Below, piece after piece: positions 27,859 to 55,600 of a DNA stretch of 64,000 bases. The stretch's first letter is position 1. Every line of letters starts with the position of its first letter. This DNA comes from Amoebidium appalachense. Lineage: Eukaryota; Protista; Ichthyosporea. A model generated the notes under the pieces. It did not search any database, was not told where the DNA came from, and worked only from the letters and a program-made list of their open reading frames with translations. Location: positions 1,240,001 to 1,304,000 of the forward strand of contig CAVNZM010000014.1 of NCBI GenBank assembly GCA_963693365.1. The letters run 5' to 3'. The position numbers and the translations under genes were made by a program.

Positions 27859-28242
27859 CTCCCTCCCCCCCACCCACACACACACATACCATCCACAATT
27901 CCAGCCTCCAGTGCCCGGTTTGACACACTGACCGCCCCCTCCCTTATGTCCTCAGGTAGCTGCAGATTTGCGCAAAACCTCATAACGGTTTCCGTGGCTG
28001 TGACTGGCTCCAAATCATGCAAGTCAAACGCCTTCATAATCGTCTTTTGGCAGTGTGCAAGTTTCGTCCGTGCCACCCCGGCAATGGCACATATTTCCTT
28101 GTAAGAGCACGGGATCTTTTCCTGTGGATACATATCAAGGAGAAGAAGAATGGGTGAGTGGCATCCCTCTGCCCCCCCCCCCCCCCCCCCCCCCCCCATA
28201 CACACACACACATACGAACGTCACGCACACATCCATGTACAT

Positions 28243-28311
<69 letters not shown>

Positions 28312-29857
28312 CCCACATCTCCCCAAGGCAAACGGCTTGAACCCTACGAAATCCACAACTTAATTATCCCCCCAGACACCCCTTCCTTCCAAAACCCCCC
28401 TCCCCCCCCCCCCCCCCCAAACACAAATCCAAGCGCACGTGCACAAACACGTGCACACTTCCACACATCCAACGCGTGCATAACCGTGAGCACATACACG
28501 GGCCCACACACACATACACACTCTCTCTCTTTTTCTCCCTCACCCTCAGACCTGCACACATGCACACACTCGCGCGCACACACACACACTCTCTCTCTTT
28601 CTCTCCCCCCCCCCATGCACACACACAACCAACAGCCCACACCTAAACACCCCCCCCCTGCCTCCCCCCCTCCCCCCCCCCCCCCCAAAAAAAAAAACAC
28701 ACACACACACACATACACACCTGTCGGCAGGCAATAAACAGGGCCGTAGCCACGACCGTTATGGTCAATTTCATGAGCCGGGCCTCCCTTAACCGGTCCA
28801 ACAGGGCCAAACCCTTTTCCACAACCCGACCCGGAAGGTTTTGCTGTGCCGCCATGTCGCGCAACTTCTCCCCGCCCTGGTGGTATGTTCTGCACACGCC
28901 AATAATTGTGAGCAAATAACAACAAAAACAACAACAACAACAATAATAGTAATTAAGTAACAAGAATAACAATAACAATAACAACAGTGATACTAGTTCT
29001 ACATTAAAACATGCAGATGGCTGAAACCCGGTGTCCAGGCGGGTTGGAAAGCAGATGCTGATGACTTCTTAGTATTTGGAAAAGACAGCGAGCAGTCTCA
29101 CGGCTGCAACGGTCGTTTCATGTGAGAGGCACACATAACATGCACCCAATCTTTACGTGTAACTCCTAGTGTGCATCTTTGTACAACCCCTACACACTAG
29201 GCAACTTTATCCAACCAGCACACAAAGCAACTTACAAATGCTCTTCCTGTCCATCTTTGCCCTTCCGCCTTTCCCCACTTGGAGAGGGGGAGGGAACGCT
29301 GGCAACATCGGGTGAAGCCCTTCCATCATTGTCTTTTCGTGCCTTTAACGTTGCACCTCTTCCCACGTCTGATGCCTCTCGTTTCCGTTTAGCTGCCCCT
29401 GAAACTGAAAACATCAGTAAGCATACCAACTCCATTTTCACCAGTTAGAGATCTACTCAAACACGAGATGTGTAGCTTTCATGAACACCAAGTTTCATGT
29501 GCGATGTGCTCTTCCCTGCCGTCTTCTCCTGGCACCTAACGGGGCTTCCCAAATAGGACAAATCTGGCCAACACAACCCACACGAACTCAAACCCCGCTC
29601 CACAACACGGTGCTAATAGCGACCTCTTACTGTGTATATTCCTAGTGTTGTCGACATGAATAAAACATCAAATAATCACGTCTGCCACGTACCTTTTGTG
29701 TCCTCTTCTGTTTCCGAGCCGCTGTAGTTCGACGGGGTGGAGGGCAGGCCGTTCTTGTGGCCTTTGCCCCCATTTTCACTCAATTTTTTCGCCTGTAACA
29801 TCAGTGGGTTTAGTTGGTGGCAAAACAACTCCTCCCCCATGCACAAAACACACACAC

Positions 29858-29888
<31 letters not shown>

Positions 29889-30472
29889 AACTCTCTCTCT
29901 CTTTCTCGCTCTCTCTCTCTCTCTCCTTCACTCCCCACCCCCCCTCCCCTCTCCCTCCCTTTTTCTGCCCCCGGCCCCCCTCCATCCCCCTTTCTCTGGC
30001 TCTCTCTTTCTCTCTCTCACTATCCCTCTCTCTCTCTCTCCCTCTCTCTCCCCCTCCCCTACCCCCCCCCCCCTCCCCTCCCCCCCCCCCCCCCCCCCCC
30101 CAACCCTCCCGCCTCCCCCCCTTCTCCCCCGCTCGCACACACACAAACACCATCACAACAACGGTCGTGCTGGCAATACCTTCCTCTTGAGCTCACCCCA
30201 TCCTTACACACGCACACACACGCATGCACCGCATGTACGTGTAACAGGACGAGGCGGTCTTCATTCGAGCTCCTTTATATGCTTAGAAACCTCTGTACCA
30301 GCTTCCCCGGTGCCTGCGAGCCTTTCCACACAGCCACAGAACATGGAGACAACCGAAATAATGCAGAACGCAGGCGTGGCAAACACACGTGCAGGGTCAT
30401 GATCATTCCGCAGCTGCCTAGTAACACTTCGAAGCCGTAGCAACAGGCATATTAGGTAAAGGCACTTACCAT
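15024..30472 (-). CDS. TFIIB-like protein (two cyclin-fold core repeats) with a ~700-aa low-complexity C-terminal extension, ~21 exons, ~1000 aa
   Basis: Core exons 28889-28721, 28121-27890, 27264-27167 and 26386-26301 encode [31 protein letters not shown] and [12 protein letters not shown], matching TFIIB core motifs. Phases stay consistent through 24877-24811, 24461-23870, 23148-23101, 22603-22392, 21947-21774 and nine P/Q/Y-rich exons to TAG at 15024. The start (ATG|GTAAGT at 30472) is inferred. Confidence 0.75.
16230..16409 (-). mobile_element. Dispersed repeat subfamily 1, intronic copy with hammerhead-like motif
   Basis: Near-identical to 43795-43975. The minus strand reads GGGGTCGAAAC...CCCTGAGGATGGGCTCTG...CATTCAA followed by poly-C. 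Confidence 0.8.
16998..17118 (-). mobile_element. Dispersed repeat subfamily 1, truncated intronic copy
   Basis: Nearly identical to 16230-16350. Confidence 0.8.
17300..17678. repeat. Intronic 21-bp minisatellite (ACTACCATAAAAGGCAACATC) with a higher-order duplication
   Basis: About 17 units. The variant block CACATAAAAAGTAACCCGCGGCAAAATGGCTAC recurs at 17431 and 17569. Confidence 0.9.
20178..20714. mobile_element. Non-autonomous piggyBac-type element (537 bp) in an intron
   Basis: TTAA on both sides (20174-20177, 20715-20718). TIRs CCCCTAGCCGTTCGCC and CCCCGAGCCGTTTGCC match at 14/16. The interior is microsatellite-free. Confidence 0.8.
25386..25657 (-). mobile_element. Dispersed repeat subfamily 2, long intronic copy
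   Basis: Reverse-complement match to 36990-37210. The distal part also aligns with 43975-44045. It abuts poly-G. Confidence 0.75.
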
Positions 30473-32029
30473 TGAACGTATTGTCTATCTGTTCGCTTGC
30501 TCACATCGCCTTTGCTGCAACTCTTCAGAACTCAAAGTCACTGATCTGCACAGACTATCACAGAACTATCTCGTTGCTAAGCTGCCTTGAAGCCTAACAT
30601 GGTCTTTTTCAATCCCAAATGTTTTAAAACGTGGGGAGTACACAACTTTCGAGAACCAGCCTTGTCGCATATACTACTGCACCATACGATCTGCAGAAAA
30701 AAGGAAGAACCCCAAAGGCTTTTGTTGGAAGGCTGTCTGCTGACGTCACCTAAAGCGTATTGGACCTTTTCTCCTAAGAACAACCGTCAATGCTTTGTGG
30801 AGCAACAACACTAAAGTAATTAATTTTGAAATAGGCACTAGTAATAAAAAAAAAAACTCTACCATCTGACCTATTTTCTCCCTTTTTTTTGGGTTGTTCG
30901 TGCCCAAAGACCACGCAAACCTTAGCAGCACCAAGAACCAAGCATAACTCGCCCCAAGAGTGCTGGAAAAACATGCACTTCTCACCAACTCCAAGAATAC
31001 GCTAGCTACCTCAAGCATATAAAACAAACAATCTCACTATATCAATGTGAACGAAAAAGTGAAATTGCAGATGAGTCGAAGGCAGCATGAACAAAAAGCG
31101 TTTGCGGTTTTCGCCACCGCTGAATGTGTGTTCCGCAATGTGCCGTTTCCAGGCTGCGTAAGCGGTTGAACTGGCTCGTCCTGGGCACCTCCATGTCTTT
31201 TATGCTTTTCAGAACGCGTGAGATCCTGATTGAGAAAACGTTCTGATTGGATAGTTGCTTTATCATTGTTGATTGGCTTACTGTCTGAAGTTGTGATTGG
31301 ATCTTAAAGATGATTGGCGGTGGTGTTAATTGTAGAGCAAAAGTGGGCAAACGCGGCTACCAAGCCTTACCCAAGGCAGTATCAATCAAGTGGAAGCCCG
31401 GTATATATATCTATATAAATCCGTAATGATTAGAATGATAACACAAAAAAGCAATTTCTGGAAACTGTTTATTTGTGTCACAACAAGATTTAGACGACCT
31501 ACATTTGTTGGCTGTGTTTTCATGGTGTACCTATGAAGCCAGCCCCACTCCAGAACTTCTTTCTTTCCCCTTCTGTATGTACTGCGTGATAGGTTGCTTT
31601 GTGATATGTGCAAATAGCTCGAAAAGGGTAAATACTAAAGAAGTCAAGGACTTTTATCCGAGCTTGAGCAGAAAAATAGCAAAAGCCAAAAACAGTTAGA
31701 TAATGTTTTTTATGCTTATAAATTATTTGTTAAAAAGTTAAAACGACGTTTAAACTTCTAAATACACGTTTTCAGTGTTTATGAATGACCACCGCCGGAT
31801 GCATTGTCATAGCTAAAAGCGAGGTAAACTATCTTTCTAAGCCACTGCTCAGCTAGCGCACCACGTGCTTCGATCAAGTGTTTTCTGCCAAATTTGCCTT
31901 TATTATGCCAAAAGGAGCTCGATAATATACAATAACTACAATGATGACTTTTTTTCCAGCTTATTACGCAGAGTATTTCTAAACAAAACAGTCTCCAATG
32001 TTCAACCCAGCTCACACAGCTAGGCCGGC

Positions 32030-32070
32030 GTCAATTGGCTTATTTCCAATTGGACGTGACGTCACGCTGT
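32030..32070. promoter_or_regulatory. Putative bidirectional promoter core (TFIIB-like gene / CUE gene)
   Basis: CAATTGG and CCAATTGG motifs plus the palindromic CRE CGTGACGTCACG (32055-32066), 150 bp upstream of the CUE gene ATG. Confidence 0.55.
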
Positions 32071-32215
32071 GAGGCCACTTTTTCCTCTTGATTAGGTCGC
32101 AGGAGTGAAAAACAGAAAAAGCCTTCACCCTTTTTTTTAGTTTTTTGATTATTTTTTTTCCTGTGCCGCACACAAACAGCGTGACTCTCTTCGCGTCCCC
32201 AACACAAACGGCAAC

Positions 32216-36427
<4,212 letters not shown>

Positions 36428-36947
36428 TTGGTAGCTGAGGGTGGGTACTTATACAGTACTTATACAGGCCGGACTAGATAGTGTGATGAGATAATACCTT
36501 AGATATTCAAAGGCTTGTTTTTAGAGGTTGCTGATTTAGGTGTGCGTTGTGAAGAGTTGCACGTGGATCCAAAAAATTCTCTCGTTTTGCTTTTTGTTTG
36601 TTTGTTTGTTCTTTTGGTGTAAACGGGTTGTTTGTTCTTTTGGTGTAAACAGCCTAATTATATGAATATCGGAATCAATCGACTGCCAGGAACGGATTGT
36701 TGCTTGCAATTGAGTGCAAGTTGTGTGTGCATGCAGTGTGTATGACACTGGCGTGGTGGTTGTGTCCTTGTAAGGGGTCGGGGTCGTTTAGACGTGCATA
36801 TGGTGCTGAGTATTTTTTCTGGAATGATGGATGTGATTCGGGCCCAGCCGCAACCACTCTTTTTTTTTTTTTTTTTTTTTGAGGCGTCTGGATAAATGAA
36901 TATGACTTTGCCGAACACAACGTTTGCAAACCCCCCCCCCCCCCCCC

Positions 36948-36978
<31 letters not shown>

Positions 36979-36989
36979 TTCCTCCCTCC

Positions 36990-37210
36990 CCTATTGCTGT
37001 TGAAACAAAGTATGGGTTAGCGTTGGGAACCACGCGCGAGAGGTTAAAGAGTCCGAACCCATGCTTTCGTGGAGGCCATAAAAATCCCCCTGATGATGGG
37101 CTCTGTTCAAGTGTCTTCTGCCTGCACACTTCTCAATTTTTTGTGACCTTTTTGTTGTTGCTTTGTTGCAACATGTCTCCTCCATATTTCCAACCCTCTC
37201 TAACGCATAC
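36990..37210 (+). mobile_element. Dispersed repeat subfamily 2 copy downstream of the CUE gene
   Basis: Matches the reverse complement of 25386-25612. Contains AGAGTCCGAAC...CCCTGATGATGGGCTCT and sits between C tracts. Confidence 0.75.
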
Positions 37211-37222
37211 TACCCCCCGACC

Positions 37223-37259
<37 letters not shown>

Positions 37260-38054
37260 GTCTTTTTTTTTTTTTTTTTAATGCAGGAAATCGAAAGGGT
37301 AATTGAAACTCAGACTAATTAGCTAGCTAGCCGTGGCCGGTTGGGCCCGCCAGCGCTCGAAATGGGGCAAGCATGGGGTGTTTTTTCTTCTTTTTTTTTT
37401 AGATATAATGTGCGTGTACACACCTGTAGCTATATTTTACTTCAGTGGGTGTAAAAACCTCGCCATGATCAAATCATGATATGATCATGATCACGCGGAG
37501 CTATATATCTACGTATATACGTATGCGTACCCGGAGGAATATAGAGAGAGGGAGCTAGGGAGGAGGAGGAGGGGGGGGGGGGGCTCGTTGATTCGGCCGA
37601 CTTCATCACTTGTATGCTTCTTTCATAGCTTTAGCAGTGCACATGTTTAACGAAACAGTCTCCTCAGGTAGTGACCGGTGATGGCCCAGGGGTCAATCAT
37701 CATTATCTATTGGCCACTCCCTCAGGCCAAATAAAACGCTTGCAACACCCGAGGTGTAATACACGCCGTATACACCATTACATGCATATCCATACACGTG
37801 TCCATACAATTGTGATGTGTAGTTGACAGTTACAATGCCAAAGCAGTCTGTCTCACATTTACAGGTGCATGTGTTAGTAACACGGCATTGCTCATTGCAC
37901 TTCACTGTGAAAAGGTATACATCAGGAAAATCTCGAAACATTTATATACAAAAAGATATTTCTGTTTGTTGTGGATGACAACATGTATGTCTGGTGTGGC
38001 AGTGCCCGTTGTGCTCAAAGCGTACTTTCGGGTGGTGTGGATGTGTGTGTGTGT

Positions 38055-38183
<129 letters not shown>

Positions 38184-38417
38184 TGTGTGTGTGTGCACGT
38201 GTGTTTTTGTGTGTGTGCATGTGCGTGAATGTGTACTTTATGTGCTCGTGTTTGTGTGCTCCTGCCAGCTGGGTGTTCTGTCCCTATGCACGTGACTACA
38301 TACGCATTATGTATGCTGGGGCCAGACGTATGTACGTGTCGTGCCTTTATGCCCAACATGTTCCATGTCTGCATATCCCCGCATGTGCCTGCGCATCTGT
38401 GTGCTCTCATCATCAGT

Positions 38418-38653
38418 GCAAGTAGTACTTTCACTTTGTTATCATATGTTGGTCCTGCAAAAAGTACTTTCAGTTGTCCCCGTGTCTTAACCGTGCAAAA
38501 AAGTACTTTCAATCGTCATGCAAGTGGTACTCTTAGTTGTTTTCCCCCCTCAAATGTGGTGTGCAAGCAGTAGTTGCAAGCAGTAGTTGCAAGTAGTGGT
38601 TGCAAGCAGTCGTTGCAAGCAGTAGTTGCAGGCAGTAGTTGCAAGCAGTACTT

Positions 38654-38664
<11 letters not shown>
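38418..38664. repeat. Degenerate tandem repeats in a 3' UTR overlapping the stop codon
   Basis: GCAA(G/A)NAGTACTTTCA occurs about five times with variable spacers, plus the 13-mer GCAAGCAGTAGTT about six times. Confidence 0.7.
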
Positions 38665-49454
<10,790 letters not shown>

Positions 49455-50504
49455 GGTCGAGTGCACGGCTGCGGGCTGGGCGAGGGGGGAAGGGGGAGGG
49501 GAGAGGAGGTGGGGTTGGGGGGGGGGGGGGGGGGGGGGGGAGGGGGGGGGGGGAGGAGGGGAGGGAGATGGGGGGGGTGGAGGGGGAGGAAGGGAAGAAG
49601 GGGGGACGGGTCAGAATGCAGTACAAGAGCACGTACGAACATGAATATAAAGCAGTGTCCATTGCAGGCTTGCCGCAGAGCACTTACCTATACTGTGAAC
49701 TGTACCCAGCCACAGCTCCCGTCTCCTTCCCCCATTTCCCCACCACCCCAACCCGTTTCTAGCCCACTCTAACTCTCCCTCCCCCTTTCTCTCTCTCGCT
49801 TTCTCCCTCTCCCTCTCTTTCTCTCTCCTCTCTCTTTCCCCCCCCCCTCCCTCCCTCCCTCTCTCTCCCTCTCTCTCCCCCCCCCCCTTCCCCCGCTCCC
49901 CTAACTCCCTCACTCTCGGCATCGCTATCACTCCCCCCCCCTCCCCCCCCCCCTCCCCCCCCCCACACACACACACCCATCCGGCCCAGTGTCTTCTCTC
50001 CTATCTTTCCTCCGCATCCCTTTTCTTTCTCCCCTCGTAAATCCTCCTCTTTTGACCTCCTCCCCTCCCCATTCCCCCTCCTTTCCTCCCCTACCTCGGC
50101 ACCCACGCAACCAATCATCACCTGAGTCAACCCCACCCCTTCCCTTTCAGTTAATCGACTCCTACCTCTTGGGGGTCTGCAGGTGTAATGTTGACCGGAG
50201 TGAAATGTTGAGGACCATTGAAGTGCAGAGACAGTGAAACATAGGGGTTTTCCTTTAACCAGGAGTACTGCCTGACACTACCTAAAAAGTAAAGCTATCA
50301 CAGCACCAACAGCATTAGTGATATCGTATAGTCGAACGCAGACTATGGCGTAAGTTCGTTTCCCCTTTTCTTCTTAGCACTTTCTCTTCGAGATGTTTTC
50401 TGAGCGCTGAAGACTGACGCCAGCGCTGCTGGCCGGCCGCGTCTAGTCTACTTTGAAGACTCTATGTGATATTTTAGTCTACTGACCTGCTGCCCGAACC
50501 CAGC

Positions 50505-50705
50505 AACTGACGTAATGCTGTAGACTATCTTGATGCTACATGTGATTGCGCAGGTCATCGTGGATTGGCTGAAACATTTACCAATCAAATCGTCATAAAG
50601 TTTAAAAGATGCATGCCTTACGAAACTAACAATACGATATCCAATCATAATAAGAAAGAAGTTAAAGTACTATATTTGGTTGTCATGTCTCAAATATAAT
50701 TGGAT
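50505..50705. promoter_or_regulatory. Putative bidirectional promoter (zinc-finger gene / membrane-protein gene)
   Basis: TGACGTAA plus four CCAAT/ATTGG boxes between divergent genes. Confidence 0.45.
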
Positions 50706-51141
50706 AGTAGCGTGCTGAGTAGATCTTTTGTTTACATTTGCCTAGCTAGGGCACGTGCGCATGTTGCTCGTTTTATTGGGTCAAGCAGGTGCCTTTAAAC
50801 CAAAACATGCAACTTCACGCACCATCAGCAAAGCAAACTCATTTTTTTTGCCTCTTGGCACTACAAAGACGCGCTTTCTAACTTGCTTCGTTTCAATTTT
50901 CACTTCTAGTTTTCGTATGCATTTGGTCAGTGATCCACTCGTACACTCGGGCCTTGGATTCACGGTTTTCTAAACATTTCTGTTTGTTGCCCTGACATGA
51001 ATTAGAGGGCATTAACAACCCTCCAACCCACAAGCATATATGTTTTCCATCCGCTTTAGCAACTTTCTCTTTGACATTAACTACAAATTCACCCTTTTCC
51101 CGCGCTGCTTCAACTCCCCCAAACACACCCACACCACCACC

Positions 51142-51880
51142 ATGCCTGTTCTCACAAACGCCCCCCAGGGTTCACCTCACCCCGCCACCCACCCAGACCC
51201 CACACAAGACCCCACCACCCCTGAACCCGGAGGCCCCTTTCACCACCCACCCGAACCCTCTAGCAACAAGAAGACTTTTCTCCCTCTTGGACCAGGAAAC
51301 GCTATTCCTGCCTCCTCTGCCGGTCTTCCCTTTGCCATTATGGCTCCCTCCGACCACATTCCCAAACAAGTTCTCGAAAACGCCGGTGGCGCGCCCTCTC
51401 CTTCAAAAATACGCAAAGAAAAACTCACCTCTCCTGACATTTCCACCAAGAGCGGTGAACAGCGTCGTTTCCCTGCCATCCACGAGACCAAAAAGAAACC
51501 CACATCTCGTCGCGCAGGAACTTCGTCCATCAACTACAACTACCTCATGTTTTTCATCGCATTCATTCCATCCGTTGCAGCAGGCACCACCCACTACCTC
51601 TCGTCCCTTGATTTCTCCCAGTTTGCCTACGTTGTTCTTCTGAATTTGGCATGCACTCTTCCCCTTTTGATTGCGGCGTATTCTGCAACAGGTACTATGA
51701 CAGGGGTGGCGCATGCAGTGGGCATGGCGTCAGATGAAGATATGCAAGAGGCAGAGGACAAGTGGGTGCAGACGGGCGTCAACGCCGCAGTCGGATTTCT
51801 GAGCTTTATGGAAAAGGTTTGTACAGTGTTTTATAATCGCCCCCCCCCCCCCCCCCCCCTCCCCTTTCACCCCCCTCGCG

Positions 51881-51915
<35 letters not shown>

Positions 51916-51920
51916 CCGCA

Positions 51921-51951
<31 letters not shown>

Positions 51952-53045
51952 GCGCGCACGCGCGCACAAACATGTACGCGGTGTCATAAACCCTTTAATC
52001 CCGCATGACACACATGCGCACAAAGAAATACACATCTTTACCTCCCCCCCCTCCCCCCCCCCCCCCCCCCCCCCCCCTTCCCCTCTCCTCCTCTCTCCCC
52101 CCCCCCCCCCCCCCTCCCCCCCCCCCCCCCCCCCCCACCCTTCCCCTCGCCACGAAAAAAAAAACAAGAAAAAAAAACGTGTCTGAGACCACTAGCGATC
52201 GCGCGAGCATATCACTATTTACCAACTCTGGTCTCCTTCCCGCGCCTCTGCCCCCGCTGCCTTTTGTCCCCTCTCCCCTCCCCCCCCTCCCCCCCCCCCC
52301 CCCCCCCCCCCCCCTCCCCCTCTCTTCCTTCTTTATCCCATCCACCGGTACCACCCGTCACTCCTAGCTTTAGAAGCCTTCAACATAACAACATAAAAAC
52401 ATCATCATCTCATGAAATTTCAATCTGCAGATCGTCAAAGATCCTCGCACAGCCGGCCACCTGCACGAGATGCTCACCAACGAGGCCCTTCAGGACGCAG
52501 CGATTGGTTCCCTCAGTGAATTTATGGATCAGAACAGACAGAAGGAGATTATCACCGCAACTTCAGAAGTTGCCTCGGAAATTATGAAACAGGGCATGGT
52601 GTACACGTTTTCACACCCCGACATGATTCGAACCCTGACTGAGATGACTGCCACCCTTATGAAGGATCAGGCGGTGAAGAAGGCGGTGGAAGATACGATG
52701 GTGACTGTATGTGCTTGATCCTCCCCCTCCCCCCCCCCCCCCCCCCCCCCCCCCCCCACAAACACACACCAATGCACAACAAACCCCCCTCCCCTCCTCC
52801 CCTCCCCTCCTTCGAAACACACACACACAAAAACACACATTATGATACTGTACACACCCACAGATAAACACAAAAAAAAGGTGTGGTGAGAGGTGTACAG
52901 GGGGAGGGAGGGGGGAGGGAGGGGGCCGGGGGAGGGGGGGGGGGGGACTCTAGCGATAATAGATACCCCCTCCTCAAACTTTGAAACAGCCGAAATTTTA
53001 TCCACAGGATTACCACCAAACAAATTAGCCAACTGCAGCTGCAAG

Positions 53046-53096
<51 letters not shown>

Positions 53097-53887
53097 CCCC
53101 CCGCCCAACCCCTTCCCCTCCCCCCCCAAAAAACAAAAAGAAAGAAAGCAAGAAGAAAGGGGGGGGGGGGGGGGGGGGGGGGAGACACTCTCTAGAAAAT
53201 AAACACAGTGTGGGGGGCTTAAATACTCAACAACAATGACCTAATCTGCTGCGTGTACGCACGTGTTGCTGAGTACGCTTCGCTGACTTATTATCTACCT
53301 GCCAAATAGTATCATACTGCCTATCCACGAGCATAGATTGTGTTCTCATTAGGCTTTCTATTTGATTTGAGCATCATGAGAGGCTCAGCAGCCCCCCCCC
53401 CCCTCAAAACCCCCCCCCCCCCCCCAAAAAAAAAAAAAAAAAAAAAAAAAACTTTAGAAAGAAAAAGAGTGCACGTCGAGAGATAATCATTGGGAAAAAG
53501 TAAGTGGGTAACATGGGGACATAATTTATTGCTGTTTCATCTAATATTTTTAATCGGTAAGCTTCTCGTCGACCTAATATACATGCCTTCACCATTCATC
53601 TCTCTTTTTCTCTTCCCCCCCCCCCCCTCCCCCCCCCCCTCCCCCTTCGTACATTCCCCACCGGACCGCAAAACCCCGACCGCCCCAAACATGGACACCC
53701 TTTTTTTTCCTTTTTTTTTTTTTTCCATTCCATTTTTTCTTGTTTTTTGTTTTGTACACAGGTTCTCAAGGACGTGAGTGTCAACCGGGAGGTGAGTGAC
53801 ACACTGCGGCATTTCAGCGGCAACATTGTCGACAGCTACCGCTCGGCTGCATACAGCACCGTCCGTGGCTTCCTGCCCTTCCGCTGA
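51142..53887 (+). CDS. Uncharacterised protein with a Pro-rich N-terminus, two predicted TM helices and a helical C-terminus, 3 exons
   Basis: Exons 51142-51816, 52431-52706 and 53762-53887 with phase-0 GT-AG junctions. Hydrophobic segments YLMFFIAFIPSVAAG and FAYVVLLNLACTLPLLIAAY. Confidence 0.7.
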
Positions 53888-53915
53888 TTCGAAAGGGGGG
53901 GGGGAGAGGGGGGAA

Positions 53916-53946
<31 letters not shown>

Positions 53947-55131
53947 GGGGGGAGGAGGAGGGGAGGGAGGCTCAGCCGCAGTTTGTCATTCATATTGGGA
54001 TTGAAGTTCTTCTTACTCCGGCTGCGATATGCACTTGAAGCTGTTTTTTCTTTTGGAGGAGGTGTAGCTGACCGTTTATGCCTCAAATGTTCGCGTACAC
54101 GGGCATTTCAAGGTTGACAGTAAAAGTTTACACGTGCATCTTGGGACACACACACACCGTTGTATAACTAAGCTCTACCCACGTGCGCGCACGTACGGAC
54201 ATGCACAAACGCGCGTTGCGTGCAAGCACGCACACGCACGCACGCACGCAGGCACGCACACACACACACACGCACACTTGGAGCTTGATGTAGTGACAAC
54301 CTTGAGGGGCAAGGGGGAGGGGGGGGTGTCTTGCATAGCATAAAACAAGCAGGCTAGTTCAAGATCCCAGCTGGGTGTGTTGACCGATTATGGAAAGCAA
54401 ACTTGCAAATTATGGAAAGTAAACTTGACGATGTGGAGTCGAAGCCAAATTTGTGGTGGTGCCTAAACGGTGGATATGGGTGTGTTTTGGGGTGGTGGTG
54501 GTGATTTGCTACTGCCTGGGAGTATGTTGGTCTGTATGTGCCGATTTGCTATTGTGTTGTATGCTAGCAGCCGCTGTTTGCACGGTTGGATGGGTCTGTG
54601 TGTGTGCCGGCACGGTTGGCATTCTGGTAACGTGTGTTGTGTGTGTATGGGGTGTTTGTGTCTGCCTTTGGGTTTCGGTGGGGCTCTGACATTCTGTGTG
54701 TGTGGTTGCACGAGCTGCGTGGTCCTGCACAGTGGCTTTAAGGGTACCACAACTAAACCCCCCCCCTCCCCCCCTCCCCTCCCCGAATGAGTTCTCAAAT
54801 TTATGAAACTCTTACCCCGCCCCCCCCCCCCCCCCCCCCCCCCCTCCTCCCCCTCCTCCCCCCGCCCCCCGCCTCTCTGCTCCGCCCATTCGTTCTCCCC
54901 CCTCTGCGAGGCTGTTATCCAATGACGGCATGGCCATTGTTTCCCCAGGCACCCTCATCTCACCAGCTGTTTCATGCCACACAGCTAACCGAGTTCAAGG
55001 GGAAGAGCAATTGGTAATTGGAGAAACCTGGAGAAGGTGGGGGGGGGGGGGGGGGGGGGGGGGGGGGTATTACACACGACCCTAATATACTAAATTAACC
55101 TTTCAACCCATGTGCATTGCCTCTTCTCCCG

Positions 55132-55176
<45 letters not shown>

Positions 55177-55564
55177 ACCTCCCAATCTCCCTACCCCCCA
55201 CACCCCCCGTTTTCCAACTAACCAACATGCCGTGTGCACGAGCAGAAGGGGGCCACATCTATATGGGGGACACATAGGTACCCGCCACCCATCTGGCCCC
55301 TTCCATGCTCTCCTTCACCGTGCCCCCCTCCCCCCCCCCCCCCTCCCCCTCCCCCCTCCCCTCCCTCCCCCCTTTTTTCTCCGAGTACCAAACCAAGCAT
55401 CAATATATCGATACTGAAAGGGGGGGGGGGGGGGGGGAGGGGGGGGGGGATGGGAAGTAACACAATGGACAGGCGAAGCCAATGATATACTCTGACGAAA
55501 AGGTCACATGTGTACACGGTTCGATCGGATTACCCATATAAGAGAATGTGCAACAGTTTTTGTT

Positions 55565-55600
<36 letters not shown>

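Noticed and set aside
38418-38560. CRISPR-like repeat-spacer appearance
   Set aside because: The repeats are short and degenerate with irregular spacing, lie in a eukaryotic 3' UTR and have no cas genes nearby.
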